Shown one piece after another: positions 1 to 9,089 of a DNA stretch of 35,293 bases. Source of the stretch: a virus (taxonomy: Duplodnaviria > Heunggongvirae > Uroviricota > Caudoviricetes); the IMG/VR virus record IMGVR_UViG_2778261341_000005. The stretch is one strand, 5' to 3'. Numbering within the stretch: the first letter of the stretch is position 1; the number at the start of each line of letters is the position of its first letter. Under the pieces are notes generated by a model that saw nothing but the letters and a program-made list of their open reading frames with translations, was not told the origin of the DNA and did not search any database. A program made the position numbers and the translations under genes.

Positions 1-1293
<1,293 letters not shown>

Positions 1294-1407
1294 TACCCAA
1301 TTTTTCTGAATCTAAAAAGCGCCTGCGGGTGGTTTTAGTGGGAGATTAACATATTGAAAATAAAGATTTTTTATTTTCATGTGTCCAGATAACGTCCATC
1401 TTTGAAA

Positions 1408-1450
1408 CAAAAAGCCCGCAGTTTTTTTACGCCGCGGGCTTTGTTTTTCT
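1408..1450. terminator. hairpin terminator downstream of serS, apparently bidirectional
   Basis: aaagcccgc ... gcgggcttt stem with A-run on the 5' side and tttgttttt on the 3' side; read on the minus strand it is the counterpart of the terminators that end hok units 2 and 3. Confidence 0.55.
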
Positions 1451-1533
1451 TTGTGACTTTTGTGTGAGGGTGCGACTTTCGACCGAACCTTTGGCAACCG
1501 GATAGCGGGGGCTTTCACCCCCGCTGCGGTTTC

Positions 1534-1674
1534 TTACGGTTTACACTGCAAGAACGCCGCAAATTCTGACCACATGATGTTAAGTCTGAACTCACACGGA
1601 GAACGGTGTATCATCCAGACGGTCAACAACATGGTTAAGCATAAAATGCTCACGATGATCGTTTTTTGCGGCAT
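1534..1674 (-). CDS. Hok/Gef-family type I toxin, copy 1 (46 aa)
   Basis: Minus-strand ATG with AAGGAG Shine-Dalgarno; product MPQKTIIVSILCLTMLLTVWMIHRSPCEFRLNIMWSEFAAFLQCKP: one TM helix then a C-E-F-R ... E-F-A-A-F block as in Hok/Gef. Six substitutions relative to copy 2 without frame disruption. Below the 60-aa track threshold. Confidence 0.7.
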   Translation of the reverse strand: MPQKTIIVSILCLTMLLTVWMIHRSPCEFRLNIMWSEFAAFLQCKP

Positions 1675-1715
1675 AGCGCTTGACTCCTTTTACAGGGAGG
1701 CGCTAACCTTCCACT

Positions 1716-1775
1716 TGTCTAGGGTAGGAAGGGTTAGGCCTCGGGTTAAACAAATGTTTTACTCGGGGCCTTTCC
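1716..1775 (+). ncRNA. putative Sok-like antisense RNA, unit 1 (boundaries approximate)
   Basis: Plus-strand TTGACT (1680-1685) and TAACCT (1704-1709) promoter-like hexamers antisense to the hok leader, then ggccucggg ... cucggggcc hairpin plus UUU. Confidence 0.3.
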
Positions 1776-1891
1776 ACATCCGGCCTTCAGGTATTCCTTC
1801 CAGCCGTCAGCCGAAAGGCACCCGCATGTAATTTACTGATTTCCCTTTGTGTGCGCAATGCTCAGTATTGAAGCTGTTGAGGGGAGACGGC

Positions 1892-1916
1892 AAAAAAAAG
1901 CCCGCATATTGCGGGC
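1892..1916 (-). terminator. intrinsic terminator ending the hok unit-2 transcript
   Basis: gcccgca-tat-tgcgggc hairpin preceded on the plus strand by A8, i.e. followed by U8 on the minus strand. Confidence 0.55.
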
Positions 1917-2006
1917 AATGAAGTCAGTACGCTAACCCAAAAGGGTGCCATATCAGCCGAACCCGGCAACCGGATAGCGGGGGGCTTTCACCCCCGCTGC
2001 GGTTTC

Positions 2007-2147
2007 TTACTGTTTACACTGCAAGAACGCCGCAAATTCTGACCACATGATGTTAAGCCTGAACTCACACGGTGAGTTGTGTATCATCCAGACAATCATC
2101 AAAATAGTTATGCATAAAATGCTCACTATGATCGTTTTTTGCGGCAT
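2007..2147 (-). CDS. Hok/Gef-family type I toxin, copy 2 (46 aa)
   Basis: Translated codon by codon from the sequence: MPQKTIIVSILCITILMIVWMIHNSPCEFRLNIMWSEFAAFLQCKQ; AAGGAG 10 nt upstream of ATG; TAA stop at 2007-2009. Confidence 0.72.
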   Translation of the reverse strand: MPQKTIIVSILCITILMIVWMIHNSPCEFRLNIMWSEFAAFLQCKQ

Positions 2148-2188
2148 AGCGCTTGACTCCTTTTACAGGGAGGCGCTAACCTTCCACT

Positions 2189-2248
2189 TGCTTAGGGTAG
2201 ATGGTCAGGGCCTCGGGTTAACATTAAAGTTGACTCCGGGGCCTTTCC
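2189..2248 (+). ncRNA. putative Sok-like antisense RNA, unit 2 (boundaries approximate)
   Basis: TTGACT 2153-2158, TAACCT 2177-2182; hairpin 2209-2243 (ggccucgg / ccggggcc with a G-U pair) followed by UUUCC. Confidence 0.3.
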
Positions 2249-2364
2249 ACATCCGGCCTTCAGGTATTCCTTCCAGTCGTCAGCCGAAAGGCACCCGCAT
2301 GTAATTTACTGATTTCCCTTTGTGTGCGCAATGCTCAGTATTGAAGCTGTTGAGGGGAGACGGC

Positions 2365-2389
2365 AAAAAAAAGCCCGCATATTGCGGGC
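2365..2389 (-). terminator. intrinsic terminator ending the hok unit-3 transcript
   Basis: Identical hairpin plus A8/T8 tract, 473 bp from the unit-2 copy. Confidence 0.55.
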
Positions 2390-2479
2390 AATGAAGTCAG
2401 TACGCTAACCCAAAAGGGTGCCATATCAGCCGAACCCGGCAACCGGATAGCGGGGGGCTTTCACCCCCGCTGCGGTTTC

Positions 2480-2620
2480 TTACTGTTTACACTGCAAGAA
2501 CGCCGCAAATTCTGACCACATGATGTTAAGCCTGAACTCACACGGTGAGTTGTGTATCATCCAGACAATCATCAAAATAGTTATGCATAAAATGCTCACT
2601 ATGATCGTTTTTTGCGGCAT
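2480..2620 (-). CDS. Hok/Gef-family type I toxin, copy 3 (46 aa)
   Basis: Nucleotide-identical to copy 2 over the ORF (shifted by 473 bp). Its upstream promoter differs from copies 1-2 but keeps TTGCAC-N17-TAAATT on the minus strand (~2776-2806). Confidence 0.68.
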   Translation of the reverse strand: MPQKTIIVSILCITILMIVWMIHNSPCEFRLNIMWSEFAAFLQCKQ

Positions 2621-2661
2621 AGCGCTTGACTCCTTTTACAGGGAGGCGCTAACCTTCCACT

Positions 2662-2718
2662 TGTCAGGTAGGAAGTGTCAGGGCCTCGGGTTAACGTTAG
2701 TTGACTCGGGGCCTTTTC
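2662..2718 (+). ncRNA. putative Sok-like antisense RNA, unit 3 (boundaries approximate)
   Basis: Same promoter hexamers as unit 2 shifted by 473 bp; hairpin 2682-2713 with a different, shorter loop than units 1-2. Confidence 0.28.
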
Positions 2719-2775
2719 ACATCCGGCCTTCAGGTATTCCTTCCAGCCGTCAGCCGAAAGGCACCCGCGCGTAAT

Positions 2776-3440
2776 TTACCTTTTACGTCCGTTACGTGCA
2801 ACGGATGACGTGGCTGTTTTTCCTTCCCCTTCGCCATCCTTTTTCGGAGCAGTTGTGCAAAAGTGTGCAAAAGTGATTTTTGCTGCCACTCCCCGCCAGG
2901 CCGCGCCAGTTCTGGCTTTCCTGATTTTTTCGTTTTCGTCGTCGGATCCTTTTTCAGATCTTCGATCGTGACGTAATTTTAAAAATCTCTTGTTATTCAG
3001 TGCATTAAATTTTTTCGGGATCCTCAGAAAGCCGGAGTTTTTGCACACTTTTGCAAAACCTTGCACAAAGTGCAAAACCATTCAGAAGGGAAAACCTCAG
3101 TAATGGCGCGCCCTGGCGGGGTGTTTTGCACCCATTTCGATTTGCAAAATTTATCGTACACAAATACCGGAGGCGTGTGCGGGGTAGCGCCGATTACGTC
3201 ACTTTACGCGTTACGTCGCCCCCGAAAATTTCCGGCCATTTGCGGCGATTCTGGGGCGCAGAAATCGTTTTCTGATGTCAGGGGATCGAATCGGGCCGGC
3301 GGGGTTATCTCTTCGTTACGTGGCGTTACGTGACGTTTTACGCGGGGATTACGTGGGGCGTTTCGTCCATCTTTTTTTCTGCTGCGGGTGGTTTTTTCGT
3401 GGTGGGTGATGTCCGGTGATGAATATTTTTTATTGTCGTG
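2776..3440. promoter_or_regulatory. non-coding block with operator-like and iteron-like repeat arrays (function unknown; possible att or regulatory region)
   Basis: No convincing ORF. Inverted copies of tgcaaaagtgtgcaaaa at ~2861-2884 and ~3040-3060 flank an AT-rich GATC-containing spacer; palindrome TTGCACaaaGTGCAA at 3061-3075; further TTGCA half-sites at ~3124 and ~3141. Direct (c)gTTACGTg repeats cluster at 2786-2806, 3193-3220 and 3314-3356. Confidence 0.35.
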
Positions 3441-3446
3441 GGAATA

Positions 3447-3476
3447 AAAAAGGCCACATTGCGCGGCCTGTTAAAA
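3447..3476 (-). terminator. intrinsic terminator at the end of the late/tail operon
   Basis: Minus-strand ggccgcgcaatgtggcc hairpin followed by ttttttatt, immediately after the stop of the 557-aa gene. Confidence 0.55.
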
Positions 3477-3483
3477 TGAATAA

Positions 3484-5157
3484 CTATTCGATTATTGGTG
3501 AATATTTATTTTTAAGCTGGCGGCACTCCTGAGCGACCTGGCTGAACTGTGCGGCCTGCGGAGACGTGCCCGTTTTGGGGTGGGTATGTGATGCTGTAAT
3601 ATCTGCCAGCTCTTCCACCACATCGGCAAGGTCCGTCAGCATGGTCAGTACATTAATGCCCTCGTTTCCCAGCTTCACCGTATCGCCAACCAGCTTCTGC
3701 GCCAGCGCAATACTGTGACGGACGCCCTTAATCTTTTCGGTAAGGCTGCCGCCCACGGTGTCCTGGGTGTCGCCTTCCACGTCGCGCTCACAGGTACCGG
3801 CAACCACCATCATGTGCCCGCCCGTGCTGATGCTGTAGTTCTCTTCAGTGATATGGGTGACCGCGCCAGCCTGAAGCGTGGATACGCCCAGGACGGTGGT
3901 TGTGTCGGTTGCCTGTATGGTGGTCTCCCGGCTGGTCAGGCTCCGCTTTTCCTCGTCTGCACTCACCACGCGCTCGCGTGATGTCTCCTGTATCCGCTGG
4001 TCTGTCTGGCGCTCCCAGTCTCCGGCGACCGTCACGCGCTGCGATACGCCGTCGCGCTGTTGCTGCAACTGCTCGCCCGGCTTCACGTCGGGCAGATTGT
4101 GGCCCTCTGCCATTATCTGGCGGATGAAGGGCTTATCCGCCCGGCCTTCCACAAATCCCACTTCCACCAGGGTTCCGGGCGGCGGGAACTGGAACATGCC
4201 GGACTCACTGCCCGCCATGGGAACGGGGAGGGGAACGGCGTTATAAACGGGCGTATCCGCTGCCGGGTTGCCGTTCTCGTCAAGCAGCTGGAGATTCACC
4301 GCGTAGCGGGGTCTGAACGGGTCGGCAATATTGCCCGCGCTGACGGCTTCGGTCGGCGCCTCAACACGTGCCAGTTTGGGCAGGTGAAGCCCTGATGCCA
4401 GTTCAGGGAAGGCCTTTTCAGCCTGGCGACGGAAAGGGGACTTCTGGAGGGGGGCGCCGGTGGCTTTATTGCGTGGTGTCCACGTGATGGTCATGTTGTC
4501 ATCTTCCAGCATGACCATCGTCAGGCGCTGACCGTTCACCTCCACACCCGGTCGCAGCGTCGGAATCATCGGGAGGGTCATACTGTGCCCGCCCGTTGAT
4601 GCCTGGCTGAACTCGTGCGGGATGGTGACGGGGCGACCGGAAAACATCCCCTGCGCGGCAGCAGCGGCCATAATGCCGCCGTCCGGTAACGGATGCCAGA
4701 TGTAATCCGGTACGGAGAAAATACGCCCCAGACTGGCCAGCAGTTCGTAGCCCGTGCCGCTGTGTGTGAAATGCGGAACGGGTCTGTCAGTGTAAGCCGC
4801 GTTGTCCGGCAGGATGATTTCCAGCCCGCTGGCCTCACTCAGCCACTGTGTGACCGTGCGCATTGTCGGGTGCTGAAATGAACAGGGGAAGGGGTGATCA
4901 AGGATCCCCGCCATTTCACGAATCAGAAGCCGCACCGAGCCGTTTTCAGCGGGCTGGCTGCGTTCAACGTATCCGGTAAACCAGCGCACCAGGTCGTTTC
5001 CGTATCCGATATCGAGACGAACGGGGCGCCCGGTGTAGTTCTGCTCTGTTCTGGCCGTGATAAATCCGCGTCCGCACGCGTTCAGCTCAAGCATGACGGA
5101 ACAACTGACCAGCTGAATGGTGTCGTTACCCAGTAACAGACGTTTAGTGGGGTTCAT
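3484..5157 (-). CDS. baseplate hub / central spike protein (gpV-like OB-fold; possibly a gpD-gpV, VgrG-like fusion)
   Basis: 557 aa; mid-protein segment VPLPVPMAGSESGMFQFPPPGTLVEVGFVEGRADKPFI resembles the gp5/gpV/VgrG OB-fold motif; C-terminal SHTHP near the tip (His-x-His apex as in spike proteins); last gene of the tail operon. Confidence 0.5.
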   Translation of the reverse strand: MNPTKRLLLGNDTIQLVSCSVMLELNACGRGFITARTEQNYTGRPVRLDIGYGNDLVRWFTGYVERSQPAENGSVRLLIREMAGILDHPFPCSFQHPTMRTVTQWLSEASGLEIILPDNAAYTDRPVPHFTHSGTGYELLASLGRIFSVPDYIWHPLPDGGIMAAAAAQGMFSGRPVTIPHEFSQASTGGHSMTLPMIPTLRPGVEVNGQRLTMVMLEDDNMTITWTPRNKATGAPLQKSPFRRQAEKAFPELASGLHLPKLARVEAPTEAVSAGNIADPFRPRYAVNLQLLDENGNPAADTPVYNAVPLPVPMAGSESGMFQFPPPGTLVEVGFVEGRADKPFIRQIMAEGHNLPDVKPGEQLQQQRDGVSQRVTVAGDWERQTDQRIQETSRERVVSADEEKRSLTSRETTIQATDTTTVLGVSTLQAGAVTHITEENYSISTGGHMMVVAGTCERDVEGDTQDTVGGSLTEKIKGVRHSIALAQKLVGDTVKLGNEGINVLTMLTDLADVVEELADITASHTHPKTGTSPQAAQFSQVAQECRQLKNKYSPIIE

Positions 5158-5159
5158 GG

Positions 5160-5702
5160 TTACTCCAGCGCATCATTGACGGGTTTGAGGACCTTTTCTT
5201 CGAACCAGGTCATTTTCTCCGGTGTTTCGTCGGCCACGGTCCCGCCTTTTGCGCCGGGCGTCTGCGGTGTCTGTTTACGGCTGCTGCCGGGGGTGGCGCG
5301 TGCCTGGCGTTTTTCCGGTACGCTTCGTCTTTCGCGTAATGTGAAGCTGACCTGCCAGGCGAGGCGGTCGGTCTGCTGCTGTGCGTCTATCTGCCCGGAG
5401 AATGTCCCTTCACGAAAGTTAATGGCGGCAGCGGTGGCGTTTGCGATACGGTAAACTTTCAGGGCACCGTCCCCGGTGGTGGCAGAGGCCAGCTGGAAAA
5501 TGCGCTGAAGGGCCCGCTCATTGTCAAAGGTGATCATCCCGGTTACGCGAAGCTCTTTGGCCTTGATGCCCTGCTCGGCGTTCGCGGTGCTCGATGTCTG
5601 ACCGGACTGGTCCTTTTCCTGGAACTGCATCGAGGGCGAAATAACCATGTTCTGCATGAAAATACCCTCACCATCAAGGGCGAGCAGTGCGGTCTGGCTC
5701 AT
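5160..5702 (-). CDS. hypothetical protein in tail operon (180 aa)
   Basis: Translationally coupled between the 241-aa gene and the spike gene; no motif recognised. Confidence 0.35.
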   Translation of the reverse strand: MSQTALLALDGEGIFMQNMVISPSMQFQEKDQSGQTSSTANAEQGIKAKELRVTGMITFDNERALQRIFQLASATTGDGALKVYRIANATAAAINFREGTFSGQIDAQQQTDRLAWQVSFTLRERRSVPEKRQARATPGSSRKQTPQTPGAKGGTVADETPEKMTWFEEKVLKPVNDALE

Positions 5703-6399
5703 GGATCATTTTCCCCAGTTCAGTTAATGAGTCTGCCGCCAGGAGTGCGGCCACAGTATGTACGGCGGTCGGTGCCGGGATATCCTTCACCATGGCCGCC
5801 GCTGCGGCGCGGTGATACCCCCGGTACTGAAATACCCAGGCCTGCGCCTTCTGTTCTGCCAGTGTTCTGATCCCCTCTTCCAGTCCGGCAAGTGCGCCAG
5901 CCCGTCTGCTGATAAAGCGGCTTATCTGGCGGCGAAGCCCTGCGGCATCCGGGCGTTGTGCTGCCAGCTGCCTGGCCTGTGCTGCACGGGCGGCGCTGAC
6001 TGCGTTGCGCATTGTGGCAACGGAAAGATGCACAGGTGCGGGCAGGGTGTCGGTGGTGATCGGGATTTGCATTTTGTCAGTGCTCAGACTGGCGGCAGCC
6101 TGTGCCATGCGCTGTGCCTGCGTGAATACCGGCACGGGCAGAACGGCGGTCAGTGCCGCCATTGACTGTATAAAAAGATCGTGGGTGTTTTCGGCAATCA
6201 TGATAATGGTCACGTCGCCGGATGCACGGCTTCCGGCCATTTTCCCGGCCAGCCAGTTTATGGCGTTCGGAGGGCTTAAATATACCCCCGATTCTTCATA
6301 TCGTCCCAGCCCGTAAGTCCACGGTGTGACGGGGATGACGGAACAGCTCAGCGGGGGCATGTCAGCGCTGACGCTGATTGTTTTTCTTGTCCACGTCAT
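5674..6399 (-). CDS. hypothetical protein in tail operon (241 aa, Ala-rich)
   Basis: GGAGG Shine-Dalgarno 5 nt upstream of ATG at 6399; starts 11 nt after the fibre-assembly stop; no motif recognised. Confidence 0.35.
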   Translation of the reverse strand: MTWTRKTISVSADMPPLSCSVIPVTPWTYGLGRYEESGVYLSPPNAINWLAGKMAGSRASGDVTIIMIAENTHDLFIQSMAALTAVLPVPVFTQAQRMAQAAASLSTDKMQIPITTDTLPAPVHLSVATMRNAVSAARAAQARQLAAQRPDAAGLRRQISRFISRRAGALAGLEEGIRTLAEQKAQAWVFQYRGYHRAAAAAMVKDIPAPTAVHTVAALLAADSLTELGKMIHEPDRTARP

Positions 6400-6410
6400 G
6401 GTGCCTCCGG

Positions 6411-7007
6411 TCAGCCTGCGTGATGATCCGGCGAAGGAGATTCAGGCCAGACAATATCCGGCGCGTTGCCCGTGTCTGTCCGGTTCAGTAATACCCGGTA
6501 TTTTTTCCACAGGGGAAGCAGGGCGCTTTCATCGTCGGTCGCCATATTTAAATCCACGGCATCCTGGAGGATGTTTATTGTATTTGTTGCTTCCTGTATT
6601 AATTCCCGTTTTTTGTTCTCCGCCTCGCTCACCCGGTAAGCCTGTTCTGCTGCTTCATCCTTAACCCATGATGAACCATCCCACCGGCAGAACTCCCCGT
6701 CCGGTTTTATTATGGTCACGTTTTCCGGTAACGGGCCCGGCTCAGTAATCAGTAAGGCGCTTCCCGACTCCAGACGCCAGACGGTTTTACCCCGGTGATC
6801 TTCCATGAGGTGCCAGGTGTTTTCATCCTCATCAAAGATAGCCACGTGTCCTTCAGGAATGTCAGGCGGGGCAATGTCCGTTGAGTGCGCAGGCAGTCCG
6901 GTATGCGGAGGGATCCATGCATCGCCTTCGCCGATAAATTCATTTGTTCCGGCTGACAGGTTGTAGATTTTAATTGTCTGCGGGTGTTCGCTCATTTTAA
7001 AGGTCAT
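6411..7007 (-). CDS. tail fibre assembly protein (gpG / Tfa-like chaperone)
   Basis: 198 aa immediately downstream of the fibre gene; N-terminal pattern (IKIYNLSAG...WIPP...[17 protein letters not shown]) typical of tail fibre assembly proteins. Confidence 0.7.
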   Translation of the reverse strand: MTFKMSEHPQTIKIYNLSAGTNEFIGEGDAWIPPHTGLPAHSTDIAPPDIPEGHVAIFDEDENTWHLMEDHRGKTVWRLESGSALLITEPGPLPENVTIIKPDGEFCRWDGSSWVKDEAAEQAYRVSEAENKKRELIQEATNTINILQDAVDLNMATDDESALLPLWKKYRVLLNRTDTGNAPDIVWPESPSPDHHAG

Positions 7008-9067
7008 TATGCAAGCCTCACGATGTAGTTAAATGCGATGTTTTTAACGGTGTTTTCGGCATTACCGGTGGGGTTAATGGTCAGGCCGTGACCATGTGAA
7101 CCCAGTGCGATCGTGTGGGCGTGTTCGCCAATGCCTACAGGGTGCGTGTGTGCCGGAAAGTTAACCGTCAGGCTTGCCCCTGAACCCGGCCCGTATGCGG
7201 TCCAGTCACCGCTGCCTTCCGGTGACGCGGTGGCGGTTCTCAGTGCTATGCTTGCAGAGCCTGAACCCGCGCTTCCTGTTGTTTTTGTGCCGTAATTGAA
7301 GGATGAGGTCGTTTTCGTGCCAAGGTTAGTGTTTGAGACGCTCCCCCCGTGGGTGTGGGATTTGATACCGTCCTGCTCCTGTGACAATACCGCACGACCG
7401 CTGGCGGGTTTCCCCTTGATTGTCCAGCCGCGCATATCCGGGATGCGACCGTCCGGACAGGCTTTTGCCAGCAGGGGGTATTGCGCTTTATCGAATGTCT
7501 GCCCCACCATGATGGCGTAACCGTCAGGCGGGGTGTCTGACGGCCACGGAAAAGGAATACCAGCCGGTAATGCCTCAGTTGCAGGCAGTGCGCCGATGTC
7601 CTGTGGTGTGGGTTTGTTTTTATCCGTGTAAGTGCGGTACCAGGTGGTTTTTCTTCCCCGATCCAGTATCACCCCGGTAAATTGTGCCCGGTGTTCTTTT
7701 GTGGCCGGATCTGAATCTTCCAGACCTGTGGTGATCCTGACTATTCCACCGATGAGTTCGCCAAACACTTCAATCAGGCAGCCACCCAGGCAGATATCGC
7801 CATACCCCGTGTCAGTAAGCACGCTGTGCTGTGACAGTGAAATATTGGCCCTTAATACCCAGCTCCCCGTTCTGAATGCACCGCGCTCATTCAGCCATTC
7901 CACGAACTGTTCTGTTGTCCAGCGTTGCCCTGCTTTACCCACGTATCCGTCAGCATCATAAACCCGGGGAGCACCGATGTTGATAATAAACAATTCCTTG
8001 TTGGGGATGTCCTCACCATTGCGGTTTTTCGCAAGCCGACCATCGGCGTTGTCCATGGCGATCTTTATCGCTTTTGGCGTGGCTGCCTGTGTTTCTGATG
8101 TACTGGTGGTGGCGCTGCTTAACTGTGTGAAGCCCTTTTCTTTCAGCGTTGCGTCCGGGTGATTACGTGATCTCTCGTGTTTTTTCAGGGCGTCCAGACT
8201 GCGGCGCTCTTCCGGGGTTCCTCTGGGGCGGAGGTCAGTCACGTTGCCGTCTTCATCAATTTCAGCGATGGCACAAAAATATTGCTGAATGCCGTCCCTC
8301 GGATACGTTTTCCGTAAACGCTCTTCCGTAACGTCCGGGTCGGCTGTTATGATTTCGTGCTCTGTCGCCCATTCACTGGTGAGCGTGCCGGTCCACCACA
8401 CATTCAGCCAGATACGGGACGGGGAGGTGGGCGTGACCATTGGTGTGTCTTCGGTCAGCTCTGCGCGTAGCCCCTCCACGTAACCCACCCCTTTGTTGAC
8501 TGTCCAGGTTTCGCCTTTCTTAACCAGCCACCCGTCATCAAAAAAAGTTGCCTTCCCGTAGATATCGACGTTTTCGCGGCGCTGGCGTTCGTCCATGGAT
8601 GCCAGGCGTGCCGTGAAGTCTATCTGCCAGGTCTGCGCCGGGGTGGTGATACCAGTGGCTTCTTTCGCACCGCTGTACTCCATGAGCATGGAACGAACCA
8701 GCACATTACCTTCGTTACCGTTGTGGGTTCTGATTTTTTTCTGTGTGGGTGCATGAACAATCATGGCCAGCGTGCTGGTTGCTTTGCTGACCAGTCCCAC
8801 CCAGTTAAATTCAAAATCACCCAGCTCTGCCCCCAGGGTGACCGAATAAACCACGGCATTCTCATTCACCACGCCGGTTTTACCAACGGCCTGGCGGTGA
8901 ACAATCTGATCTTCAGGCGGCAGGATTTCGTCGGGGGATACCGGCGTTTCCAGGTTGAGGTCCGGGACGTTTGCAAAAATAAACTCATCCAGCACAACGG
9001 GGGTGCCTTCCACCGCCTGCTGTGCCTTGAGCCGGATAAAGGCGCTGGTAATTACAGATTTCGCCAT
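7007..9067 (-). CDS. tail fibre protein (gpH-like)
   Basis: 686 aa; contains [35 protein letters not shown], closely matching the conserved motif of P2 H and related fibres; C-terminal Gly/Ser/His-rich domain with repeated HxH. Confidence 0.85.
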   Translation of the reverse strand: MAKSVITSAFIRLKAQQAVEGTPVVLDEFIFANVPDLNLETPVSPDEILPPEDQIVHRQAVGKTGVVNENAVVYSVTLGAELGDFEFNWVGLVSKATSTLAMIVHAPTQKKIRTHNGNEGNVLVRSMLMEYSGAKEATGITTPAQTWQIDFTARLASMDERQRRENVDIYGKATFFDDGWLVKKGETWTVNKGVGYVEGLRAELTEDTPMVTPTSPSRIWLNVWWTGTLTSEWATEHEIITADPDVTEERLRKTYPRDGIQQYFCAIAEIDEDGNVTDLRPRGTPEERRSLDALKKHERSRNHPDATLKEKGFTQLSSATTSTSETQAATPKAIKIAMDNADGRLAKNRNGEDIPNKELFIINIGAPRVYDADGYVGKAGQRWTTEQFVEWLNERGAFRTGSWVLRANISLSQHSVLTDTGYGDICLGGCLIEVFGELIGGIVRITTGLEDSDPATKEHRAQFTGVILDRGRKTTWYRTYTDKNKPTPQDIGALPATEALPAGIPFPWPSDTPPDGYAIMVGQTFDKAQYPLLAKACPDGRIPDMRGWTIKGKPASGRAVLSQEQDGIKSHTHGGSVSNTNLGTKTTSSFNYGTKTTGSAGSGSASIALRTATASPEGSGDWTAYGPGSGASLTVNFPAHTHPVGIGEHAHTIALGSHGHGLTINPTGNAENTVKNIAFNYIVRLA

Positions 9068-9089
9068 AAAGTCATACTCCTTCAGTCAT

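Larger units (their letters stand above)
1481..2780. repeat. tandem array of three ~473-bp hok/sok-like units (2.75 unit lengths)
   Basis: Anchor ggcaaccggatagcgg recurs at 1493, 1965 and 2438 (period 472/473). Units 2 and 3 are identical over the hok ORF and its 3' flank; unit 1 is more diverged. The third unit departs from the consensus after ~2775. Confidence 0.9.

Noticed and set aside
1460-2774. Plus-strand ORFs 1460..1831 (123 aa), 2047..2304 (85 aa) and 2520..2774 (84 aa) from the track
   Set aside because: They lie antisense to the Hok-like ORFs, have no Shine-Dalgarno, and their conservation is explained by the repeat unit itself.
3040-3060. Possible sigma-54 promoter (GCAC-N5-TTGCA)
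   Set aside because: The -24 element reads TG rather than the essential GG, so the match is inadequate.
3281-3300. tRNA-like T-arm (ggatcgaatcggg)
   Set aside because: No acceptor stem, anticodon arm or CCA context could be built around it; no tRNA called anywhere in the window.
2776-3333. ORFs 2776..3081 (-), 3051..3275 (+) and 3061..3333 (+) in the repeat block
   Set aside because: No ribosome-binding sites, Arg/Gly-rich junk-like products, and the region is dominated by repeat motifs; treated as non-coding.
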